From Candidatus Iainarchaeum sp. (GTDB lineage Archaea > Iainarchaeota > Iainarchaeia > Iainarchaeales > 0-14-0-20-34-12), in assembly GCA_030649345.1 (NCBI GenBank), contig JAUSKK010000038.1, positions 15,192 to 79,191 on the forward strand: 64,000 nucleotides of DNA. The letters are read 5' to 3'. The position numbers were made by a program, and so were the translations under genes. Under the pieces are notes generated by a model, which saw only the letters and a program-made list of their open reading frames with translations, was not told where the DNA came from and did no database searches. Positions within the stretch are counted from its first letter, which is position 1, and the number at the start of each line of letters is the position of its first letter. This document shows positions 28,850-38,174 of the stretch, in pieces.

Positions 28850-31459
28850 TTGAATTCTCTTAATCAGTACATGAAGTTTTTTCGATTGCTGGGCTTTTTC
28901 TTAATTCTATTTACTATTTTTGCAGTGAATGGATTTGCTGCAAATTGTTCAGCTATGCCTGCATCCATTGATGGTGTTCCTACTCCGCCTGCAGTTACTT
29001 TTTCGGATAACTATCATTTAACTCGTGCTGGTCCAGGAATTATTTTCAAACTTACAGACCATTGTACTGGTGCAGATCCAGCCAACGATGGTTTTTTGCA
29101 AGTTTTAGGCCAAGATAATGTCACTTTAGATTGTGATGGACATACTTTAAAAATTACAGGAACTTCTGGAACCGCTGTTCAAATTTCTGATTCTGCCAAT
29201 AAACCTTCTCAAAATATTACCGTGATTGGATGCACTATTTTTGCCCCCAGCAATGCAATTTCCATTAAAGGTTCCAATAAAATTTTTGTGGAAGGAAATG
29301 ATAAATTAGTTGGCGGTATTGTTGGTGTAAAAATCTTGGATTCCTCAGAAGTTAGTGTAAGTGAAAATACACAGATTAATAGTACTGAAGCTGAATATTA
29401 TTTTGAATATCCTACGTTTCCAGATCCGCATATTATTCCAAAGACTGGAATTCAATCTACGGGTACCAGTGATTTGAATGTTAAACAAAATACTATTATT
29501 TTTGCCGGAGAATATGGAATTGATGTGGTAAGCGGAGACCGGATTAATATTCGTTCCAATTCAAGAATTGAAGGGCAATATGCAAACAATGCTTCCAATC
29601 GAACTTTGTTTGGAATACACGTAAATGATTCTGCAAGCTCAGAGATTTTTAATAATCGTGTTTTAAAATTCAAGAATGCTGGAATGTATTTGCAAAATCT
29701 TTCAGATAGTTTAATTGCAAAAAATAGAATTTCAGACATTGGTGTTTCTGGACAACCCAACGGTCATGGTATTGAAATTAGTTATTCTGGTTTTTTGGAT
29801 TTGAATGAAAATACTATTGAACTTTCTTTGCTGGATGGAATTCGCTTGATTGAATCGGATGGTGTGCTTATTCAAAATAATTTAATTAAATTAAATAATG
29901 GTTCTGGAATTCGAAGTTTGGGTTTATCGGATGGAATTACTGTTTTACGAAATCAACTATTGGACAATCAAGACGGAGCAGTTTTGAGTACAACCAAAAA
30001 CAATGCTATTTTTACTTTTTCTGAAAATACAGTTTCAAATAATATTTCAGGTTTGTCTGTAAATGCTTTAGCGCCTTTAACTCCAACCAGTTCAGTGGAT
30101 GCAGTTATTCAAAATAATGTATTTACTTCCACTAGTGGAATTATGCAAATTGCAACCAATTTAGTAAATGCCGGAAATATTACAGTCCAAGGAAATACGT
30201 ATAAGAATTCAACTACTGTTGCATTGCAGGCTTGGGGTGTAAATAATTTGCAAGTCATTTCAGACAATATTTTTGAAGATAATGCTATTGGAATTGTTGC
30301 TAAGCCTAGTTCAGCTCCAGGCGGGCGAAATTGCGGAATAGTTGAAATTGGTTCTCCTGTGGATATACCTATGCAAGATATTGGAACCATTGCTAATACG
30401 TTTAGAGGAAATACTCAAATTGGAATTTCACTTACTCGCTGTTCCAATGTTGACCTGTTTCATTCATTGATTGATTTGTCTGCTGTGGGAATTTATGCAA
30501 ACGGAAATTCTGCAATTGAAATTGCAGGCAATCAAATTCAAAATGGAATGTTTGGAATTATATTATCTGGTCAAGGAAAAGGAAATTATAATGGAGCAAA
30601 TTTGAATGCACCGTTTTCAATTTATACTAATAAAATTTTGCAAAACCAAGTCGGGTTAGTTTTATTGAATAGTTTGCCTTTAGCTCAAGCCAATGGCTTT
30701 GAAGATGCTGTGTTCAATAATGAATTTCAAAGCACTGTAAAGGATTTAAATTTTTTAACCGATGCTCCGGTGAATATTCTATGGAAAATGAGTCCAGGAA
30801 TTCAATGCGGTATGGGTCCCAATTTAGTGGGCGGGCGTTGTGTGGGTGGAAATTATTGGAAAAATTATTCTGGAACAGACTCCGATAGTCCTGCAGATGG
30901 AATTGGAGACCAAGGAATAGGTGTCAAAGATCCGTATACTGCTTCTACTATTACTGCTGGCGGAATTACTCAAACTGCTATGGATGAATATCCTTTGACT
31001 TCAATTGCAAGACCTGAGCCAGTGTTTGAATGCAGGCTTGATTTAGATTGTGTAAATGTTCCTGACGCATGTACTTTAGGAAGGTGTAATATTCAACCAG
31101 GTGATGCTGGCGGTTCATGTGTTTACGATCAACCAATAGTTTGTCCTGCTGGAACTGGTGTATGCAATCCAGTCAATGGGCAATGTGAATTAGCTCAAAT
31201 TCAAGTGCAAGCTTGCACCAATGATTTAGAGTGCTTGAATGCAGATGGATTAACATGTACTTTAGAAACATGTGATCTAGGCGCAGGTCAATGTGTTTCT
31301 GCTGTAAAAGTTTGTGATCAAGGCTTGGTTTGTGCTGAACCTTCCGGTGAATGTAAACCTCTTGCAGCTGGTCCGCCGATTGGAGTGAATGAAAGCAATC
31401 CAATTATTGTTTTATTAATTTTAGGAATTGTTTTAGTTTTAGTATTTAAGAAAAAGTAA
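28850..31459 (+). CDS. Large surface protein with a right-handed parallel beta-helix (PbH1-like) repeat region, C-terminal Cys-rich modules and a C-terminal TM anchor
   Basis: 869 aa. N-terminal signal peptide. Repeated NxxxxN[GS]xxGI / IxxSxNxxI beta-helix-like repeats. Cys-rich C-terminal third (CxLGxCN…GxC). Terminal IIVLLILGIVLVLVFKKK. Confidence 0.6.
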   Translation: MNSLNQYMKFFRLLGFFLILFTIFAVNGFAANCSAMPASIDGVPTPPAVTFSDNYHLTRAGPGIIFKLTDHCTGADPANDGFLQVLGQDNVTLDCDGHTLKITGTSGTAVQISDSANKPSQNITVIGCTIFAPSNAISIKGSNKIFVEGNDKLVGGIVGVKILDSSEVSVSENTQINSTEAEYYFEYPTFPDPHIIPKTGIQSTGTSDLNVKQNTIIFAGEYGIDVVSGDRINIRSNSRIEGQYANNASNRTLFGIHVNDSASSEIFNNRVLKFKNAGMYLQNLSDSLIAKNRISDIGVSGQPNGHGIEISYSGFLDLNENTIELSLLDGIRLIESDGVLIQNNLIKLNNGSGIRSLGLSDGITVLRNQLLDNQDGAVLSTTKNNAIFTFSENTVSNNISGLSVNALAPLTPTSSVDAVIQNNVFTSTSGIMQIATNLVNAGNITVQGNTYKNSTTVALQAWGVNNLQVISDNIFEDNAIGIVAKPSSAPGGRNCGIVEIGSPVDIPMQDIGTIANTFRGNTQIGISLTRCSNVDLFHSLIDLSAVGIYANGNSAIEIAGNQIQNGMFGIILSGQGKGNYNGANLNAPFSIYTNKILQNQVGLVLLNSLPLAQANGFEDAVFNNEFQSTVKDLNFLTDAPVNILWKMSPGIQCGMGPNLVGGRCVGGNYWKNYSGTDSDSPADGIGDQGIGVKDPYTASTITAGGITQTAMDEYPLTSIARPEPVFECRLDLDCVNVPDACTLGRCNIQPGDAGGSCVYDQPIVCPAGTGVCNPVNGQCELAQIQVQACTNDLECLNADGLTCTLETCDLGAGQCVSAVKVCDQGLVCAEPSGECKPLAAGPPIGVNESNPIIVLLILGIVLVLVFKKK

Positions 31460-31472
31460 TTAAATCAATTTT

Positions 31473-32213
31473 TTAGAAACTAATTGTAGAATAAACGTTT
31501 CCTACAAAGCTCATTATGAATAAGACCAGCACTAGCAAAACTAAATTTCCAATGATTCCAAATTTTCCTGCTTGGCTGATTATTTTGTAGGGAATTAAAA
31601 GCAATGCAAAAAATATTCCAAGCAATAGTTGTAATAGTGAAAGAATGCTTAACAAATATCCATTAATCACTGGCTGATTTTGGTTCACAATGTCTTCCAA
31701 TACTTGTCTGGATTCAGTGGTTAACAAATTGTCTGAAATAAATTGCTGAAGTTTAACTGAATTTTTTTGTTCTAAAATTAACAATAAATCGGCTGTTTGA
31801 AATTCAGATAATTTTTCATTCAAACTAACTTTCATTACACTCAAATAAGCAGGCGGTGTAAAAAACATTGTTGAAATAATTAAAATTAAAGAAAATAAAG
31901 AAAAATAAACAAATGAAATAGAAACAGCTGAAGCAATCGACGAAAAGCCTTTGGGCATTCCTGTTTTTCCTTTTAGTAAAAGAATAGCAAAATATAAAAT
32001 AGCACTTGCGATTAACCAGCCGATAATTCCTTTTAATAATCCAAATCCAATATTGGTTGGATTTAATGAAATGCCAACTTGAACTGCATAAATTAATCCC
32101 AAGATGCTGGAAATGATTATGAAAAAAATTCCCAAACCTAGATTGGGTGTTTCTAAAGCAGACTTTACATTTTCTCCTGGTTTAAATAAAAGTGATTTAA
32201 AATGAACAAACAT
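31473..32213 (-). CDS. Polytopic membrane protein, unknown function
   Basis: Multiple hydrophobic helices. Start trimmed to an internal ATG to avoid a 53-nt overlap with the upstream ORF. Confidence 0.45.
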   Translation of the reverse strand: MFVHFKSLLFKPGENVKSALETPNLGLGIFFIIISSILGLIYAVQVGISLNPTNIGFGLLKGIIGWLIASAILYFAILLLKGKTGMPKGFSSIASAVSISFVYFSLFSLILIISTMFFTPPAYLSVMKVSLNEKLSEFQTADLLLILEQKNSVKLQQFISDNLLTTESRQVLEDIVNQNQPVINGYLLSILSLLQLLLGIFFALLLIPYKIISQAGKFGIIGNLVLLVLVLFIMSFVGNVYSTISF

Positions 32214-32247
32214 CAAGAAAATATAGGTGTTTAAGTTATTTAAATGT

Positions 32248-32646
32248 TTACTCTGAAATTGTTTCAAGCCTAAATTCCAATTTAGCTGGATTTTCTGCAA
32301 TATACTCTTGTACGCCGACAGAAGAATACTCTTGGTTTACGTAAAAAGCCCAATATTCTTTCGAAGAATCTGCCTGCAGGCCATTAATGCTGGTAATGAA
32401 TTTTCCAAATGAAAAATCTTGAAATTCAATAACTGTATTTTCTTGCATTATTTGAAATGCAGTCTTTCCTTTTTGAATTTGAATATTTTTGTCTAAAACC
32501 AGCTCATTTTCGGAATTGTATGCCTGCAATTCAATGGAAACAGTTCCAATTTGTGCTGAAACAAACTGTTCCTTAACTTGAGTTTGAACAAAAATACTTG
32601 CAGAAATTAAAGCCAATACAAATGCAATAAAAATAAAACGATTCAT
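32248..32646 (-). CDS. Small secreted protein
   Basis: 132 aa with an N-terminal signal peptide (MNRFIFIAFVLALISASIFV). Confidence 0.4.
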   Translation of the reverse strand: MNRFIFIAFVLALISASIFVQTQVKEQFVSAQIGTVSIELQAYNSENELVLDKNIQIQKGKTAFQIMQENTVIEFQDFSFGKFITSINGLQADSSKEYWAFYVNQEYSSVGVQEYIAENPAKLEFRLETISE

Positions 32647-32656
32647 TTTTTCTCCT

Positions 32657-33202
32657 TTATTTTATGAAAAAATTAAACACATTAGATTGTACGTGCATTC
32701 GTGCTGAATAAATTTGTTCAGCTAATTGTTTGCCTAGAACTGGGTCCAGTATTGGGGCCAATATCCAAGTGTAAGTCAAACCACTGGAGATATGCATTAA
32801 AGTAAATGGAATTTGACCCATGAATGCAAGCTGGAATGAAATTTTGAAAACAACAGAGCTCATAATAGGGCCTGTAACTAAATCAAATAAAAGAATTCCA
32901 AAAATGGCTGTAAAAGTATATGTGCGCAAACTACTTTTTTTGTTTTTTAAATATTTAGAAAATCCAATGGCAATCAATCCATATACAACTGCTGTAATCC
33001 AAGTCCAAATTCCTATTTTATTGGTAATGAAATCAAATGCAACCATTGTGCTGAAAGCAAACAATCCGACTTTCCAGGCCTTGTCTTGTTTTCCGTAAGG
33101 TAAAATGAATCCCATAATGGGATCGTTGTTGGGGAAAAGTTTTAATAATCTGTAAAAATTGCAGGCCATTAAGCTGAACGAATATTTGAGAAAAGAATTC
33201 AT
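32657..33202 (-). CDS. Membrane protein, unknown function
   Basis: 181 aa with about 5 hydrophobic helices. Confidence 0.45.
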   Translation of the reverse strand: MNSFLKYSFSLMACNFYRLLKLFPNNDPIMGFILPYGKQDKAWKVGLFAFSTMVAFDFITNKIGIWTWITAVVYGLIAIGFSKYLKNKKSSLRTYTFTAIFGILLFDLVTGPIMSSVVFKISFQLAFMGQIPFTLMHISSGLTYTWILAPILDPVLGKQLAEQIYSARMHVQSNVFNFFIK

Positions 33203-33330
33203 GCAAAACTAAAAGAACTTTCAAATTAAAAAGCTGTGCTTTTTTCTAAAAATCGAAACGCAAAAAGTTGGACAAACGGAATGTTTTTATTAAAAAGAAT
33301 AGTATTGAATTAACGGAGTGTGAATAAATT

Positions 33331-33498
33331 ATGGCTTCAAGAGATTCAAGTGAAGGTGTAGGTATTCGAACAAAGCGTGGAAGAATTATTGTAGCTCCTG
33401 TAAAAGGTCCATCCAAGCAAGGAGTATTTCGTTTGGCTCAAGCGCCTAAAACAGTTAGTCGCAGAAAACGAACAGCTATGCGTCATGCATTAAGATAA
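33331..33498 (+). CDS. Small (55 aa) very basic protein, possibly a ribosomal- or nucleic-acid-binding-type small protein. Not in the supplied ORF track because it is under 60 aa.
   Basis: ATG 33331 to TAA 33496–33498. Hand translation: MASRDSSEGVGIRTKRGRIIVAPVKGPSKQGVFRLAQAPKTVSRRKRTAMRHALR. Preceded by an AT-rich, TATA-like sequence (tttttattaaaaag). Confidence 0.35.
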   Translation: MASRDSSEGVGIRTKRGRIIVAPVKGPSKQGVFRLAQAPKTVSRRKRTAMRHALR

Positions 33499-33518
33499 TT
33501 TGATTTTATGGGCTAAAT

Positions 33519-33965
33519 ATGGTGAGTCGTTTTTCAAAATTTTCAAGAAAACCTAGGTCGCATGCATTTACTAAAAACTTTGCTCCAACTTTGGTTGCAA
33601 TGGATGCTGTAGTTTCTGCTCGAATTCGTGCCAATATTTTCAAATTTGCCGGCAATCCAAGAGTAAGCAAAAGTCAATTGTATGCGCGATTTCCCAGTTA
33701 TTCAACACACTTTTTGGATAGGGTTACAAAAAGTATTGATTGGCGGGCGAGAACGAAAAGCATTTTTGGACTTAAGAAAAAGCCTGCATATAAAAAAAGA
33801 AAACCGAAAAAGAAAAAAGTAAATTCATCTTTTCATAGAAATCAGGCAGGTTTATTTATGGCAGACTTTCAATCTAGAAAATTTACAGATACGCAATTAA
33901 TGAAAACGTATGGAATTTCTTTTGCAAAATTTCAAGAATTAACCGGTCGCTTACCTAGAAATTAG
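33519..33965 (+). CDS. Hypothetical basic protein; paralog of 24926–25483
   Basis: Shares the C-terminal motif with the 24926 ORF. Lys-rich linker KKKPAYKKRKPKKKK. Confidence 0.45.
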   Translation: MVSRFSKFSRKPRSHAFTKNFAPTLVAMDAVVSARIRANIFKFAGNPRVSKSQLYARFPSYSTHFLDRVTKSIDWRARTKSIFGLKKKPAYKKRKPKKKKVNSSFHRNQAGLFMADFQSRKFTDTQLMKTYGISFAKFQELTGRLPRN

Positions 33966-33966
33966 T

Positions 33967-35034
33967 TTATCGTGTAACTTTGGCTTGCAAAAGTTTTTCG
34001 TATAATTCTTTTGCTTTTTTATTTTTTTCAAAATGTTCCCGAATGGGTTGAATTAATTCATTTAAATAAAATCCTGTGCTTTTCTTTAAATCCATGGGGT
34101 GCAGTTTTCCTTCTCGGAACAAGATTTCTAACTCTAAATAAGACTGAATTTCTAAATTTCCTCCGAATTTTTCAGGTCTTTGAATTTTCATTTCAGAAAA
34201 TTTTTCAAACACCATATGTTTGCAGTAATCTAAAACTGGATTGTTTTCGGTTATTTTTTCTGGGCAATATGCTTTGTTGATTTTTTGCTGAATGACTTCA
34301 ACTGAATCGTGTACAAAGATTGCACTTTCGGGTTTGCTTTTGCTCATTTTGCTTTCAAGGGGATCAGCTTCTTTGACTCCCTGCAAACTATGCAGCATAT
34401 GGTGGTGGACTGCCACTGGTTTTTTCCAGCCTGTTTTGTCTGCAACTTCTCTGGCCAATATGTTGGCTCTTCTTTGATCCAATCCAAGCTGGCATATGTC
34501 TACATCTAATTCAAAAATATCTGCAACTTGCATGCATGGATAATACAATTGGGCTGCGTGCAAGTTTTCGGATTCTTTTCGTCCCATAATACTTAGAGCT
34601 CGAGTTAATCTAGGCAAAGTAATATTTCTTCCTACTTCTAATACACGGTGCCAATAATCTAAGGAATCCATTTTTTGAGAAGCCCATTCTATTTGAATTT
34701 TCTTTTTGTCTTCTACTGGCACTCCTGCAGCTTTCCATACTTCAATAAAATAATTTCCACAAGTCTGAATCATTTCCAGATTTCCTTCAAATTTATTGTT
34801 GGCCATGGCATGATAATCAGCAATCCATAATTTGAATACTGCTCCAGCTTCCACCATTTTTTGAATATTGATGGCTCGATAAATAGCAAACGGCAAATGT
34901 GCAAAGCCGGATGGTTCGAATCCATCGTAGGCAATAAAAGATTTTTTTTGATTCAATAATTGAATTAATTCTTCTTCTGTGACAATTTCTTCTCCGACTT
35001 GTTTTATTAATTCCAATCTTTTTTGTGTATCCAT
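33967..35034 (-). CDS. tyrS: Tyrosyl-tRNA synthetase, archaeal type
   Basis: 355-aa class I aaRS. AYDGFEPSGFAHL (HIGH-region analogue, GFEPSG as in archaeal TyrRS) and KMSKS motif (SKMSKSKPESAIFVHDS). Confidence 0.8.
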   Translation of the reverse strand: MDTQKRLELIKQVGEEIVTEEELIQLLNQKKSFIAYDGFEPSGFAHLPFAIYRAINIQKMVEAGAVFKLWIADYHAMANNKFEGNLEMIQTCGNYFIEVWKAAGVPVEDKKKIQIEWASQKMDSLDYWHRVLEVGRNITLPRLTRALSIMGRKESENLHAAQLYYPCMQVADIFELDVDICQLGLDQRRANILAREVADKTGWKKPVAVHHHMLHSLQGVKEADPLESKMSKSKPESAIFVHDSVEVIQQKINKAYCPEKITENNPVLDYCKHMVFEKFSEMKIQRPEKFGGNLEIQSYLELEILFREGKLHPMDLKKSTGFYLNELIQPIREHFEKNKKAKELYEKLLQAKVTR

Positions 35035-35043
35035 GGCAATCCC

Positions 35044-35724
35044 TTATTTTTCAAATCTAGTTAATAATTCTTTTTCTCCAATTAAGCTAAAAACAAATAC
35101 ATTGTCTTTTTCAGGTTCAAATTGATGTCGTCCGCGTACTGGTTTTGGTTTTAAGCTGACCATGATGTGGTCTGCAATGTGTTTGTTGACTTCTACTGCA
35201 AAAGCATCAATGCCGATTGAATGATTAATGGACGAAATTAATTCTGTTTTTTCTAAGTTTGTTCGCAATTCGCGTACTGCCTGTATTAATTGGGCATGAA
35301 ATGCTCTTTGATCTTTTATTTTGTTTTTGGCTAAAAATTGTTCAATCAATGCTTTTCTTTTTTTAGGTAAATTGATTCCGCTTAAATGGATTTCAAGTTC
35401 TTGTAAAGTAGGATTTTTGGAAAAAACATAAATTCTTTGTCTCGGAGTTTCTTGGGTAATTCGCAAAGAACGTAGTTCGTATCTTTTGGGTTTAATGACT
35501 CCTTCTTGAATTAATTGACTGTGCGCATTTGTTAAAGGCTGCCTTCTTTGAATGTTTTGAGTTTGTTCATGTTCTGAGATAGTTTGAACAATTCTGCGTG
35601 TTCTTCTAGCTTTAACAATTTGTTTGTTGGAAACAACAAGACCTGCAGTTCCTTCAATATTGGTTGCATATTTTGGAAACATTTTTGCGCGCGTTCTAGG
35701 CCTTCTTGAAAAAACAGGTTTCAT
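35044..35724 (-). CDS. Hypothetical basic protein
   Basis: 226-aa ORF with a basic Pro/Arg-rich N-terminus. Confidence 0.45.
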   Translation of the reverse strand: MKPVFSRRPRTRAKMFPKYATNIEGTAGLVVSNKQIVKARRTRRIVQTISEHEQTQNIQRRQPLTNAHSQLIQEGVIKPKRYELRSLRITQETPRQRIYVFSKNPTLQELEIHLSGINLPKKRKALIEQFLAKNKIKDQRAFHAQLIQAVRELRTNLEKTELISSINHSIGIDAFAVEVNKHIADHIMVSLKPKPVRGRHQFEPEKDNVFVFSLIGEKELLTRFEK

Positions 35725-35762
35725 ATAGTATATATTTTTTAAAAGTTTTTAATTCTGTCGTT

Positions 35763-36323
35763 TTATTTGAAAATGCAATCCTGCCATTTTTGGCCTTCTG
35801 ATTTCAGCCATTCTTCATACAATTGCCTGTAATTTTTTGTACTGCTTTCCGACCAAGCTAAATTTAGCAATTCGGCTGTTTTTTGGATGTTTTTTTCAGT
35901 TCCTTCGATTTCCAATACTTGAATAAATGGCAAAGTATCTAAATCCAACAAACAACCATTGAGTTTCCATGTCTCAAATTTGATTTCGTACTTCCAGTAT
36001 TTTTGAAAGCCTAATTCTGGCAAAATTTTTTCCAGTTTGTGTACGTGTTTTTCGTTTAATTCAAATTCGATTTCTTGTTCTTGTTTAAATTCTTGATTTC
36101 CTTGAATTTTTTTCTTGTATCCAATAATAAATTTTTTTCCATGTTTTCGAATTCTCAATAGTTTTTTTTCATTTCTTAGTTTTTGATCTATTGTATCATA
36201 CAATTGTGTGTATTCAAATCCTTTTTCCAAAAGTTTTCCTTTGAGTTTTTTTAGTTTTTTCCGAATTGAATTAAAGTCGTTTACAATGAATTTGATTTCG
36301 GTTTCAATTTCAGAAGAATGCAT
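35763..36323 (-). CDS. CYTH-domain protein (triphosphate tunnel metalloenzyme)
   Basis: 186 aa. N-terminal ExExKF-type motif (ETEIKFIV) and alternating acidic residues typical of CYTH. Confidence 0.6.
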   Translation of the reverse strand: MHSSEIETEIKFIVNDFNSIRKKLKKLKGKLLEKGFEYTQLYDTIDQKLRNEKKLLRIRKHGKKFIIGYKKKIQGNQEFKQEQEIEFELNEKHVHKLEKILPELGFQKYWKYEIKFETWKLNGCLLDLDTLPFIQVLEIEGTEKNIQKTAELLNLAWSESSTKNYRQLYEEWLKSEGQKWQDCIFK

Positions 36324-36375
36324 TTTGGATTTTTGTATAAAACCATTTATTAATATATTGAATCCAGTTAAGCAT

Positions 36376-36801
36376 ATGGATTTGCGTGTTTTGGTTTTTG
36401 GTACATTTGATGGTTTGCATGCTGGTCATTTGGTATTTTTAATGCAAGCCAAGAAATTGGGAAACAAACTAATTGTGGTTTTGGCGCGGGATTTAACTGT
36501 GGTTAAATTAAAAAAAATGAAGCCTTTGCGTTCAGAAAAAGTGCGTGCTTTGTTTTTGAAAAACTTGCCTTTTGTGGACCAAGTTGTTTTAGGCAAAGAT
36601 TTTTTTAAAGACAAACTTAAAATTGTTAAAGAAATTAATCCTTCCATAATTGCTTTAGGGTATGATCAAAACGTAAATATGTCTGACCTGAAAAAAGAAT
36701 TGAATTTGCGCAGTATGTTTCCTAAACTGGTCCGGTTGAAACCGTTTAAGAACAAAATTTTTAAAACCAGAAAACTCAGAAAAATTTTATTTCAAAATTA
36801 G
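36376..36801 (+). CDS. Cytidylyltransferase-fold nucleotidyltransferase (RibL FAD synthetase / PPAT-like). Start at ATG 36376.
   Basis: VLVFGTFDGLHAGHLVFLMQAKKLG matches the (T/H)xGH nucleotidyltransferase signature. The upstream part of the ORF-track frame overlaps the divergent CYTH gene. Confidence 0.65.
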   Translation: MDLRVLVFGTFDGLHAGHLVFLMQAKKLGNKLIVVLARDLTVVKLKKMKPLRSEKVRALFLKNLPFVDQVVLGKDFFKDKLKIVKEINPSIIALGYDQNVNMSDLKKELNLRSMFPKLVRLKPFKNKIFKTRKLRKILFQN

Positions 36802-36803
36802 TT

Positions 36804-37223
36804 TTATTTTTTGCGTTTTCTCATTTCTTTGGGTTTGTGTTTTGCGTGTGTTTGTTGTAAGTCAATTACAAATGCATGTTGTAAAGCTTCTCGTCCTAAA
36901 AGTACGGGGTATCTAAACTTGCTTCGGTCACTGACTGTCATTTCTACTGCTTCTTTTTTGCCTTTGATTTCCAGCCAGCCTTGGACTACAATTCGTTTAA
37001 GTCTTTTGTAAGCGCCCTCACTTTTTTTGACATGAATTACTTTTACAATTGGCCCCAATCCTGCTTTGGCGGCAATTTCCATATCTACAGTTGTTCGCGA
37101 GCTTCCAGTATCTACTAAAGCATAGGTTTTAATGGTTTTAATTTGTCCAGTGATTTTTACGGGTTCAATTAATCCAATCACTGGCTTGTTTAAAATTTGT
37201 TTAGACTGTGTTTTCTTGGACAT
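36804..37223 (-). CDS. Retropepsin-like aspartic protease (RimK-associated protease type)
   Basis: 139 aa. Catalytic-type motif ALVDTGSSRTTV (D-T-G-S). Divergent from the RimK-type genes. Confidence 0.55.
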   Translation of the reverse strand: MSKKTQSKQILNKPVIGLIEPVKITGQIKTIKTYALVDTGSSRTTVDMEIAAKAGLGPIVKVIHVKKSEGAYKRLKRIVVQGWLEIKGKKEAVEMTVSDRSKFRYPVLLGREALQHAFVIDLQQTHAKHKPKEMRKRKK

Positions 37224-37313
37224 ATCCTAGTTTTTAAGCTATCAAACTGTTTTTAAACTAGTTATTGGAAATTAGAAGTATACTTATTTGGGTAATTTTT
37301 TGAGGTTTTATTT

Positions 37314-38174
37314 TTGAAAGTTTTAATTTTAATGACTGAAAAAGACTTCCATTTCAAAGCATTCAAGCAAGCTTTTCATGAACAAGGATTCAAAGTAGGT
37401 TATGCCAATATTAAACGTGTCAGTTTGTTTTCGAAAACTGGAAAGACAGAAATTCGGCATCCAGTCATTCATTTTGATTCCTACGATGCCGTGTATTTAA
37501 CTCCGGCTTTGCAGTTAAAACAATTTATTGAACCTTTGCTTTTAGAACTGCAGGATTTAGGTATTTATGCACAATTTAATCCAAATTCTTTTTACATTAA
37601 TGACAATGAAGCTTTGCAGGCTGTATTATTAAATTCGTTTAATGTTAAATTGGGAAAAACTATTTTGGTAGGCCAGCCAACCAAAATTATTCCAGCCACC
37701 CGTCATATGTCGTATCCTGTTTTGTTGAAATTGTTTAAGAATCAAAAAAAGAATTTTAGTTTATTGGTTGAATCTCAGCGTTCCCTGCAGTCCTTAAGCA
37801 AAAGTTTAGATCCTGATTTGGATGCTGTTTTTGTAAAAGAATTTATTGAAGGTGACATTGATCATTGTTTAGTAATTGGCGAAAAAGTATACGCCATTCG
37901 CCGAAAATGGGACGGCGAGCAAGTGGTTCATTTAAACAAAGGACAAATGACCAAACTTTCCAAAATTGATTCCGATACAGCCATTCAAGCAGCCCAAATT
38001 TGCGGATGCGATATTGCTACTGTAAAATTATGCAAAGGGTATGTGATTAAAGTAGACTCGCACGTGGATATTCAGGCATTTAATAAAAAAATTGGATTAA
38101 ATTTTTACGCTGAAGTTGCTAAATTGTATTTTGAAAAAATTAAAAATCAAAAACCCAGAGGGAAAAAAGAATGA
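37314..38174 (+). CDS. RimK-like ATP-grasp paralog with degenerate catalytic motifs
   Basis: 286 aa. Aligns with the central region of the downstream RimK-like protein (EFIEGDIDHCLVIGEKVYAIRRKWDG vs DVRCYVIGEKVIAVARQGKASDW). It lacks the Gly-rich ATP loop and the R..GG / EVN..PG catalytic motifs. Confidence 0.5.
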   Translation: MKVLILMTEKDFHFKAFKQAFHEQGFKVGYANIKRVSLFSKTGKTEIRHPVIHFDSYDAVYLTPALQLKQFIEPLLLELQDLGIYAQFNPNSFYINDNEALQAVLLNSFNVKLGKTILVGQPTKIIPATRHMSYPVLLKLFKNQKKNFSLLVESQRSLQSLSKSLDPDLDAVFVKEFIEGDIDHCLVIGEKVYAIRRKWDGEQVVHLNKGQMTKLSKIDSDTAIQAAQICGCDIATVKLCKGYVIKVDSHVDIQAFNKKIGLNFYAEVAKLYFEKIKNQKPRGKKE

